A stretch of 64,000 nucleotides of DNA from an uncultured bacterium (GTDB lineage Bacteria > Bacillota > Clostridia > Lachnospirales > Lachnospiraceae), in assembly GCA_947063875.1 (NCBI GenBank), contig CAMSTY010000010.1, positions 11,069 through 75,068 on the forward strand, in the 5' to 3' direction. Position 1 is the first letter of the stretch; the number at the start of each line of letters is the position of its first letter. Shown here in pieces: positions 26,710-34,680 of this stretch. The position numbers and the translations under genes are program-made. The notes under the pieces were generated by a model. The model searched no databases, was not told the origin of the DNA, and saw only the letters and a program-made list of their open reading frames with translations.

Positions 26710-26736
26710 CAGAAAAAGCAGAGGAATGAGAGGATA

Positions 26737-26785
26737 ATTCAGTAGCATGTCCTATAGACAGAGTGATGAATGAGTAAAATGGTTC
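26737..26785 (+). repeat. Copy 1 of an imperfect ~50-bp direct repeat
   Basis: AATTCAGTAGCATGTCCTATAGACAGAGTGATGAATGAGTAAAATGGTTC. By my hand alignment it matches copy 2 at 43/50 positions. Confidence 0.7.
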
Positions 26786-26799
26786 ATTACTCTGTTTTT
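26760..26799 (+). terminator. Rho-independent terminator after spoVAC
   Basis: AGAGTGATGAA-tgagtaaaatgg-TTCATTACTCT followed by GTTTTTA. Confidence 0.65.
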
Positions 26800-27131
26800 A
26801 TTGTATTTCTACTTTTTACAGACTATAATTAAGAAAGAATGAGAGCTTGACCAAGCAGAGGAAATCTGTTGGAGAACCGTAATAACTTATCAAATGTGGC
26901 ATAATTTAGGAAAAATCTGTCAAAACAGTGTAAGATTTTTGGTGATAGTGAGGGGTTTATGAATATATAGGAAAAGATTGTTGATTTATTAAAGTATTGC
27001 TCGTCTTATCAAGGTCATACTTATATGATGGATGAACGAAGAGAAGATCAGACATTTCAGGTATTGCTTCCGGAAGAACAGGATATCATGGAACATATGG
27101 ATAAACTTCAATTTATAACTCAAACAATATA

Positions 27132-27181
27132 AATTCAGTAGTAAGTTCTATAGGCGGAGTGATGAATAAGTAAAGTGGTTC
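27132..27181 (+). repeat. Copy 2 of the imperfect ~50-bp direct repeat
   Basis: AATTCAGTAGTAAGTTCTATAGGCGGAGTGATGAATAAGTAAAGTGGTTC. Confidence 0.7.
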
Positions 27182-27208
27182 CAGGAGGGATATCGGACAA
27201 AGGGGATA

Positions 27209-27237
27209 TTGCGTGAGAAATTAGAAAATGTTATACT
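27209..27237 (+). promoter_or_regulatory. Sigma-A-like promoter candidate upstream of the Rpn-family gene
   Basis: TTGCGT, 17-nt spacer, TATACT. Confidence 0.35.
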
Positions 27238-27396
27238 GATGATACAGATGTATTCTACGAAAGGTCATGGTATATTCTAAATGGACGGCGGATTATCTGA
27301 ATCTTAGCAAAGAATCCGGAGGGGTGTGCCGTTATTGTCAGGCAACAGAGGGATTTGGAGCATGATTGCAGGCTCAAATGACAAGGGAGGGATGAA

Positions 27397-28377
27397 ATGC
27401 GCCAGGACACTTATACTGCGCAGACGGTTAAGGCAGCAGAAGATAAAATTAACAATGATAAAGCGTGCAAAAAGATATTGGCATCCAAAGAAATTCTTGC
27501 ATACATTTTAAAAGGTGTGGTCCCTGAGTATGCGGAGTGCAGCTTGGGGGAAATTGCGGAACAATATATTGAACCCAATGAAATTTTGGGAACCGTTCCT
27601 GTGGCGCCGGGACTGACAGGGAAACGGGAATATATAGAAGGGATGCAGCAGGAGGACGGCATATCCGGAGAAGCAACGGTCTTTTTTGATGTAAAATTCA
27701 AGGTATTGTTGCCAGATTTGCAGAAATCGTCTGTACAGGTCTGCCTGTATGTGGATATGGAAGCCCAGAACCGTTACCGGCCTGGTTATCCTTTGGAAAA
27801 GAGGGGAGTTTATTATCTTTCCCGTCTGATTTCCTCTCAGATACAGAGGGTATCCGAGGGTACGGATTATGGCATTCTGCAGAAGTGCTGCAGTATCTGG
27901 CTTTGTATGGGAAACGATATCCCGAAGGGGGAGCAGCAGAGCATTACCCGGTATTCTTTTGCAAAAGAAGATGTTTATGGTGTTTCTGATGTGGCATATG
28001 AAGACTATGATATGATGAGCCTGGTTATTTTGAGGCTTGGGGAGGGCCCGACAAAAGAAAGGACTTTGGGAATGCTTCAGACCTTGTTTTTAGGGAGCAT
28101 GATACCGGAAGAGCGGTTGAAAAAGCTGGAGGAAGAGTATCAATTAAAAATATCAGAAGAAATTGGAGAGGAGGTCAGGAATATGTGTTCGTATAGTCAG
28201 GTGATTGAAGATAGAGGTATGGAAAGAGGAATTGAAAAGGGGATTGAAAAGGGAATATTGATATATCGGACATTACTGGAGACGAAAAGTATTCAACAGA
28301 CTGCGGCAAAGACAAAAGAGCCGGCAGATCAAGTGAAGAAGATAGCGGAGCAATATCAGATGGAGGTGTTAGAGTAA
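27397..28377 (+). CDS. Rpn-family recombination-promoting nuclease / putative transposase (PD-(D/E)XK, Transposase_31-like)
   Basis: Nuclease core FFDVKFKV....VCLYVDMEAQN. C-terminal GMERGIEKGIEKGI repeats are typical of Rpn/YhgA-like proteins. RBS GGGAGGGA. The flanks are AT-rich. Confidence 0.8.
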   Translation: MRQDTYTAQTVKAAEDKINNDKACKKILASKEILAYILKGVVPEYAECSLGEIAEQYIEPNEILGTVPVAPGLTGKREYIEGMQQEDGISGEATVFFDVKFKVLLPDLQKSSVQVCLYVDMEAQNRYRPGYPLEKRGVYYLSRLISSQIQRVSEGTDYGILQKCCSIWLCMGNDIPKGEQQSITRYSFAKEDVYGVSDVAYEDYDMMSLVILRLGEGPTKERTLGMLQTLFLGSMIPEERLKKLEEEYQLKISEEIGEEVRNMCSYSQVIEDRGMERGIEKGIEKGILIYRTLLETKSIQQTAAKTKEPADQVKKIAEQYQMEVLE

Positions 28378-28695
28378 TAAGAAAGGCAAGGTGGTATTAC
28401 AAAGTTTAGATAGATGTAATGATTTTGAAGGTGAATTTTCTGTGAGAACAACAAAACAAACCAGATCTTTTTATAGTGCAATCTGGTTCATGTTTAGGAA
28501 CGAATTCATGTTTTCCACCAATGTGGGTCCTTAAAGGACGGTTTGAATAAATTTTTATTTGAACTTATGATGTAATTTAGTATGGCACTAAATTGACCTG
28601 TTGTGCTAGTGTACTGACTCATTTATAATTAAAGAAATAATTCTTCCAATATATGCCACCGCATGTTATGATAAAAGAAAACGGCGGTGATCCCT

Positions 28696-29257
28696 ATGGC
28701 AAGACCTAAAGTATATTCCATCAACTGAACCGATGAAGAACGCTCCAAGCTTAACAAAATGATTAAAAATAAAACCACCTGCAAGACAGTTCTGAAACGT
28801 TGTCAGATTCTGCGGGATCTTGATGAATCAAAAGGCTGCAAACTGACACATGCCCAGATCGCACATGCCTATGCGGTCTGCCCCGCGACTGTCTCAAATC
28901 TTATCAGAGACTATATCAATAAAAGGATTGACAGCATCATCCGTTATAATATCAGTCCAAACTCAGCGGCGGCCCTGCGTAAGGCAGATGGACGCGCTGA
29001 GGCAAAACTGGTACAGATTGCCTGCGGCCCTGCCCCAGACGGCCATTCCAGGTGGACGCTGAAACTGCTGGAAGAAAAATCCCGTGTGGAACTGGAGACT
29101 CCCATAAGCAGGGAAACCATCCGCAGGGTGCTAAAAAAATGGACTCCAGCCCCACAGAAACGGCTACTGGTGTATCCCGCCAAAAGAAAACGCCGAATTT
29201 GTATCCTGTATGGAGGATATCCTGGACATCTATGAGATTGAAATGCGTCCACATTGA
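28696..29257 (+). pseudogene. IS630-family transposase remnant (N-terminal HTH part only): premature stop, frameshift, 3' truncation
   Basis: MARPKVYSIN*TDEERSKLNKMIKNKTT... has an in-frame TGA at 28726-28728. The frame switches at the A7 tract 29133-29139 to ..KNGLQPHRNGYWCIPPKENAEFVSCMEDILDIYEIE.., which is IS630-like. The sequence ends at about aa 185 with no DDE domain. Confidence 0.75.
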
Positions 29258-29675
29258 ATCCGCCGCCCCCTGAATTACGTCGAGGCCCGTGAGGGCCTTG
29301 TGGATTGAAATAAAGATATTTTTCTTATCTTATGTGTCCCTCCTTCGGTATTGTTTATTGCAAACAGCTTCATAAGCGTTATATGCTGCTGCCAGTCTCC
29401 CGCTAGACTATCGGATAAATGAGGACATTCTTAAAATTGTCAGAAAAAGAAATAGCCGCCACTACTACCAATATTGACGGTTGATGCTGTAAGGCATTGA
29501 CTCAGTTGTTGTTCGGAGGGTAGAGCCGCTTCTATGGCTTTCCCTTTTTCTATTTATAAATGTAGTATATTCGGCGGCAGGATCCAAGAGCCAAACACAT
29601 GTTGTTTAAATTTCTTGCTATTCCGATATTGCTATGATAAATTATAAACTAAGCAAAGATAAACGGAGGTAGAAA

Positions 29676-31184
29676 ATGGAAAAAAAGCACAACCAATCAT
29701 TATATCACATAATATCAGAAGCTGTCTGCGACGGAGAACTTCCCGGGCAGTTTTCCCTGCCTGACGAGAAGCCGGACAATCAGATATCATGGGCAGACGG
29801 GGCGTGGGATGGAGTCAATATTTACCATATGGGATTTTCCAGGGTAGAAGAGGAGAGCCAGGCATTGATGATAAAAGCCGTCCATGCGGCCGCAGCGCGA
29901 AACATGGAGGAGGCTGACAGATTATTCTGCGATCTGGGGCAGAAAAGCAGTGCGCTTGTTATGATAGATGAACTTCAACCCTACATTATCGATCATAAAG
30001 AGGAATTATCGGCGGAGAATTTGTATGATTATGCTGTTCATGCAGTAATGGATTCTTCTGACAGGGAATGCGTGAAATTCGGGTTTTCCCTTTTGGAATT
30101 GTTTAATATGGATCACGACGAAAAGCTGAAAAATGTCATCCGGACTCTGGGACTGAGCGATGAATTTTCTCTTTTTGCAATCTTCGTAATGCTTCGCTGG
30201 CAGGAGGCAAACAATGAGGTCTATCAGCTGGCAAAAAGAATTCACGGCTGGGGGCGTATTCATGCCATAGAACGTATCGAGCCGGAGACAGAGGAGATCC
30301 GGGACTGGCTTTTGAAGGAAGGAGTCCACAATGCGGTGCTTCCGGCGTATTCGGCGCTTGTCTGCTGGCAGAAATCCGGGGCAGAAGAGGTGTTAAAAAG
30401 GGGGCCCTCCCGAGAAGAATTTTCCGGGATAAGAGACATAATCGGAGGTTTGCTGGATGAGGGGCCGATACTGGGGATATCGAAGATTCCTGGCAGTGCA
30501 GACAGGCTCACGGAGTTTTTGAACCAGGCAGGGAATTGGGAATTGGATTTGGCGGATTATGAGGTAATTCGTCGGATACGGCTTCGTTATGAAAGTGAGA
30601 ATTCAAAAGATGCTTCCATCGTTTCTTTGTGTCGCGGGATTCTGGACTCGGACAACTGCAGGAAGACGGTCAGGGACGCCGTAAAGGAGGGGAGAGGCGT
30701 TGGCCTTGCAGAGGATTTGCGTCTGGAGTACAAGGCGGACATATGGAATGTGCTGAAAACGGATTTTGAAGAAAAATATTATTTGTGCGGCCATCTTATG
30801 AGGGATGCGGAATATAAAGAAGAAACCCTGAGGATTTTCAGAGAGAGGCTTCCTCTGGAGGAAATGAAAACATCTCCGACAGACAGCATCGGATTCGGGC
30901 AGAAGTATAAACTGCAGCTACAGCTGGAAAGCATTGTGCAGCAGCTGTATAGGTATCCTCTGGAAGGCGTGGAGTTTGTTGAGACGGCGCTGCAATCCGA
31001 ACCTGTCACGACGCGGAACTGCGGAATGGGGGCGCTGGAGGCGTGGGTTAGTGCAAAAAAGACGCCTCTTTTGGAACTCATGCCGGACATGTATCATCTG
31101 CTTTGCCGTTTGTGCGAGGTGGAAGTAGACGAGAATGTAAAAAAGCGTATGAAAGGACTGCTGGAAGGGAATACCATAGCTTGA
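29676..31184 (+). CDS. Hypothetical 502-aa cytoplasmic, mostly alpha-helical protein
   Basis: Clean ORF with RBS ACGGAGG and no TM or signal sequence. I recognise no confident family. Confidence 0.65.
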   Translation: MEKKHNQSLYHIISEAVCDGELPGQFSLPDEKPDNQISWADGAWDGVNIYHMGFSRVEEESQALMIKAVHAAAARNMEEADRLFCDLGQKSSALVMIDELQPYIIDHKEELSAENLYDYAVHAVMDSSDRECVKFGFSLLELFNMDHDEKLKNVIRTLGLSDEFSLFAIFVMLRWQEANNEVYQLAKRIHGWGRIHAIERIEPETEEIRDWLLKEGVHNAVLPAYSALVCWQKSGAEEVLKRGPSREEFSGIRDIIGGLLDEGPILGISKIPGSADRLTEFLNQAGNWELDLADYEVIRRIRLRYESENSKDASIVSLCRGILDSDNCRKTVRDAVKEGRGVGLAEDLRLEYKADIWNVLKTDFEEKYYLCGHLMRDAEYKEETLRIFRERLPLEEMKTSPTDSIGFGQKYKLQLQLESIVQQLYRYPLEGVEFVETALQSEPVTTRNCGMGALEAWVSAKKTPLLELMPDMYHLLCRLCEVEVDENVKKRMKGLLEGNTIA

Positions 31185-31214
31185 CAGGTCTGCATGGAAG
31201 GAACAGCCGAAATC

Positions 31215-32012
31215 ATGAAAATTATTATCTCGCCAGCCAAGAAAATGAATGTGGACACCGATTCCTTTGCGGCTGCCGGACTGCCGGAGTTTATCTCTGA
31301 GACAAGGGTTCTTATGAAAGAAATAAAGGCGTTGTCCTTGTCGGAGGCAAAGGAATTGTGGAAATGCAACGACAAGATTGCCCGGTTGAATTATGAGCGT
31401 TTTCAGACTATGGATCTGGAGCGGGCGCTGACACCGGCCGTCATGGCCTACGAGGGCCTGCAATACCAGCACATGGCGCCAAAGGTGCTTACCAGGGACG
31501 CGCTCGCTTACCTGTCAGATCATCTCTGCATTCTGTCCGGCTTTTATGGCCTGCTGAGGCCCTTTGACGGGGTGACGCCCTACCGGCTGGAAATGCAGGC
31601 AAAGCTGCCGGTGAAGGGATATAAGAATCTGTATGAGTTCTGGGGAAGCCGGCTGTATCGCGGCCTGTTTAGCCGGCAGCAGGGCATTCGCCGGGATCTT
31701 GGGGTTAAAACCATCATCAATCTGGCTTCCAAGGAGTATTCTCAGTGCGTGGAAAAGTATATTACGGCAGGCGATCGTTTCATCACCGTGGAGTTCGGCG
31801 AACTGGCGGACGGAAAGGTCAGGCAGAAGGGGACGCTGGCCAAGATGGCGCGGGGGGAGATGGTGCGGTTTTTGGCGGAAAATCGTATTGCGGACCCGGT
31901 GGATATGAAGGGTTTCAGCCAGCTGGGATTTTCCTATTCCCAGGAATTGTCCAAAGAGGATTTCTATGTGTTTATAAAGCGTTACTGTCCCTCTTTGGCC
32001 AGTTCCTCATAG
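31215..32012 (+). CDS. yaaA: Peroxide stress protein YaaA (DUF328)
   Basis: MKIIISPAKKMN...AYEGLQY...LSGFYGLLRPFDGVTPYRLEM is the YaaA signature. The ORF track start at 31194 is probably too early. Confidence 0.85.
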   Translation: MKIIISPAKKMNVDTDSFAAAGLPEFISETRVLMKEIKALSLSEAKELWKCNDKIARLNYERFQTMDLERALTPAVMAYEGLQYQHMAPKVLTRDALAYLSDHLCILSGFYGLLRPFDGVTPYRLEMQAKLPVKGYKNLYEFWGSRLYRGLFSRQQGIRRDLGVKTIINLASKEYSQCVEKYITAGDRFITVEFGELADGKVRQKGTLAKMARGEMVRFLAENRIADPVDMKGFSQLGFSYSQELSKEDFYVFIKRYCPSLASSS

Positions 32013-32938
32013 CATTCCTTCAGCATTTTGCAGGAATCTCCAAACCGGTCGGCTTCCTCTTGCGTCAGGGATAATTTCAGCACCCGCTGAATCCCGGCTT
32101 TATTGATAATACAGGGGACGCCGGAAAACACATCGGTTTGTCCATATTCGCCTCTTAGCATGGCAGATACGGTGAGCACACTGTTTTCGTCTCCCAGGAT
32201 CGCCCTGGTTATCCTGGTGAGGGCCATGCCGATGCCGTAATAGGTGGCATTTTTGGCTTCGATGATCTTGTAGGCGGCTTCCCGGACTTCCTTTTCAATC
32301 TCTGTCAGCCGTCCTTTCTCAATATCCGGATTTTCTGCACATAATTCCAGAATGGATTTGGTGGCAACCTGGGCCTGGCTCCAGGGGACGAATTCGCTGT
32401 CGCCGTGTTCCCCCATTACATAAGCGTGGACGTTTCTCGGGTCAACCCGCAGATATTCTCCCAAAAGATACCGAAGCCTGGCTGTGTCCAGGGCCGTGCC
32501 GGTGCCCAGGACCTTCCGGGGATTGAAGCCAGACAGGGCGTAAGTGATCCGGGTCATAAGATCCACCGGATTGGTGGCCACCAGGAAGATCCCGTCAAAG
32601 CCGGAGGCGGTCACCGGCTCTACGATGGAACGGAATACTTTGGCGTTTCGCTTAAGAAGGGCCAGCCTGGTTTCTCCCGGCTTCTGGGCCACTCCGGCGC
32701 TGATTACCACGATATCCGCATCCTTACAGTCCTCGTATTCGCCTTGATAGATTTTCATGCTGGCGGCAGAAAAGGCGAGGCCGTGGTTTAAGTCCATCGC
32801 CTCCCCTTCGGCCCGTCTTTTATCCAGGTCGATGAGGACCAGTTCGTCGCAGACGTTTTGATTGAGGAGGGAATAGGCGTAACTCATCCCTACCATGCCA
32901 GTGCCTACCAGTACCACTTTTCGTTTGTCGTTTACCAT
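31982..32938 (-). CDS. ldh: L-lactate dehydrogenase
   Basis: KVVLVGTGMVGMSYAYS (NAD-binding site), ITRAILGDEN, and GEHGDSEFVPWS (catalytic His loop). The 3' end overlaps the yaaA end by 31 nt (convergent). Confidence 0.95.
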   Translation of the reverse strand: MVNDKRKVVLVGTGMVGMSYAYSLLNQNVCDELVLIDLDKRRAEGEAMDLNHGLAFSAASMKIYQGEYEDCKDADIVVISAGVAQKPGETRLALLKRNAKVFRSIVEPVTASGFDGIFLVATNPVDLMTRITYALSGFNPRKVLGTGTALDTARLRYLLGEYLRVDPRNVHAYVMGEHGDSEFVPWSQAQVATKSILELCAENPDIEKGRLTEIEKEVREAAYKIIEAKNATYYGIGMALTRITRAILGDENSVLTVSAMLRGEYGQTDVFSGVPCIINKAGIQRVLKLSLTQEEADRFGDSCKMLKECYEELAKEGQ

Positions 32939-33148
32939 GATCGGACCTCTTTTCTTTTTTATTGCTGGTTTCAGATGCTTTGGTTCCTGCTTATTATTTC
33001 AGATTATCTGAAAAATAACCGGTAAAAAGTATTTCAAAAGAAAATATTCGCAGAAGGTCGCGAAATCAGGCAGATTGTGTTATACTGTTTAGAACAGAAA
33101 AGCAGGAAAATAAGGGGAATGCCAGGAAAATGAGAGGAGGATTTACCC

Positions 33149-34534
33149 ATGGCTATTCAGGCAGCATTTGTAGTTCCGCATCCGCCGCTGATTGTGCCGG
33201 AGATCGGAAAAGGAAAGGAGCGGGCGATTCAGAAGACCATCGATGCTTATCGTCAGGTGGCGGGCAGGATAGGGGAACTCCAGCCGGAGACGATTGTTGT
33301 GATTTCTTCCCATCAGGTGATGTATGCCAATTACTTTCATATATCACCGGGCGGGGAGGCCAGAGGGACTTTTGAAAAATTCCAGGCGGGCCAGATCGGA
33401 TTTGAGGCTTCCTACGACACGGAGTTTGTGGAACTGCTCTGCGCGCTGGCGTGGGAGAAGAGGCTTCCGGCAGGGACAGAAGGAGAGACGGATAAGCAGC
33501 TGGATCACGGGACCATGGTGCCCTTGTATTTTATAGGAAAATGCTGGACGGAGTGCCGGCTGGTCAGGATTGGGATGTCAGGGTTGTCCCTGATGAAACA
33601 TTATGAACTGGGACAGTGCATTAAAGAAGCGGCGGACCTCCTGGGCAGGAAGGCCGTAGTGGTTGCAAGCGGAGATTTATCTCACAAATTGAGGGCGGAG
33701 GGACCCGGCGGCTTCCGGAAAGAAGGGCCGGAATATGACAGTCGGATGATGTACGTTCTGGGGAATGGAAATTTCGGGGAACTTCTGGATTTCCCGGAAG
33801 AACTGTGCAATAAGGCAGGAGAGTGTGGACACCGGGCTATTACCATGATGGCGGGCGCGCTGGACCGGACGGGAGTGGCGGCGAGACGCCTATCCTATGA
33901 AGGGCCTTTTGGTATCGGGTACGGGGTCTGCGAATACCTGGTCCGCGGGGAGGATGCCAAACGGGATTTTAAGGAGCGTCATGAGGAAAAGGAGCGGGAG
34001 CGGATCCGCAGCCAGATTGAGAAGCAGGATGCCTATGTGGCTCTTGCCCGTAAGGCTGTCGAGGAATATGTCCGTACAGGGCGGACTCTGAAGGCGCCGT
34101 CCGGACTCCCGAAGGAATTGTACAGCCGGCGGGCGGGGGCGTTTGTCTCCATCAATGAGAATGGAAGCCTGCGGGGGTGTATCGGGACGATTCAGCCGGG
34201 AGGGGAGTCCCTGGCAGAAGAAATCATCCAGAATGCGGTCAGCGCCGCTTCCCGGGACCCCAGGTTCCCTCCGGTAGAGAGTGAAGAACTGGACCGTTTG
34301 ACCATTACCGTAGATGTGCTGGGAGAGGTGGAAAGGATCAGTTCTCCCGAAGAACTGGATGTGAAGCGGTACGGCGTGATTGTGTCATCAGGCAACAGCC
34401 GCGGGCTTTTGCTGCCGAACCTGGCCGGCGTGGACACCGTCCCGGAACAGATCGCCATAGCCAGGAGGAAGGCTGGCATCGACGAACGGGAAGAGGTGCA
34501 GCTGGAACGGTTTGAGGTGGAACGGCATTTTTAA
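33149..34534 (+). CDS. Fusion protein: class-III extradiol dioxygenase/Memo-like N-domain plus AMMECR1 C-domain
   Basis: The N-terminus AAFVVPHPPLIVPE...DHGTMVPLYF is LigB/Memo-like. The C-terminus GAFVSINENGSLRGCIGTIQP...RDPRFPPV is the AMMECR1 signature. Confidence 0.85.
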   Translation: MAIQAAFVVPHPPLIVPEIGKGKERAIQKTIDAYRQVAGRIGELQPETIVVISSHQVMYANYFHISPGGEARGTFEKFQAGQIGFEASYDTEFVELLCALAWEKRLPAGTEGETDKQLDHGTMVPLYFIGKCWTECRLVRIGMSGLSLMKHYELGQCIKEAADLLGRKAVVVASGDLSHKLRAEGPGGFRKEGPEYDSRMMYVLGNGNFGELLDFPEELCNKAGECGHRAITMMAGALDRTGVAARRLSYEGPFGIGYGVCEYLVRGEDAKRDFKERHEEKERERIRSQIEKQDAYVALARKAVEEYVRTGRTLKAPSGLPKELYSRRAGAFVSINENGSLRGCIGTIQPGGESLAEEIIQNAVSAASRDPRFPPVESEELDRLTITVDVLGEVERISSPEELDVKRYGVIVSSGNSRGLLLPNLAGVDTVPEQIAIARRKAGIDEREEVQLERFEVERHF

Positions 34535-34551
34535 AAATAAAAGGAAATGAG

Positions 34552-34584
34552 GAAGGCGATAGCAAAAGGCCTTCTTCTTTTTTT
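34552..34584 (+). terminator. Terminator after the AMMECR1-fusion gene
   Basis: GAAGGC-gatagcaaaag-GCCTTC followed by TTCTTTTTTT. Confidence 0.5.
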
Positions 34585-34680
34585 GCGCGAATACCTCAAA
34601 AGAAAAATGGATAAAGTAATAAGGCTTCGCAGAAGATTGCTGCGGGCAGAAAAAAGGCCACGGAAAAAGGAGTTGAAGCA

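Noticed and set aside
26971-27131. Open frame EKIVDLLKYCSSYQGHTYMMDERREDQTFQVLLPEEQDIMEHMDKLQFITQTI* between the two 50-bp repeats.
   Set aside because: There is no RBS and no start codon at the head of the frame (the internal ATGATG has no SD). It looks like a gene fragment, so it is mentioned in a finding but not called as a CDS.
28582-28600. Sigma-54 promoter-like TGGCAC hits, searched for because rpoN is in the window. Examples: TGGCACTAAATTGACC near 28583, and others at about 7103, 23700 and 24990.
   Set aside because: None has the required GG-N10-GC spacing with a TTGCW -12 element. Most are inside coding regions.
34589-34618. Possible forespore promoter for spoVAD (GAATA-N15-GGATAAAGTA).
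   Set aside because: It matches sigma-F/G consensus only partially (the -10 is poor), so it is not listed as a feature. It is kept as a hypothesis within the split-operon finding.
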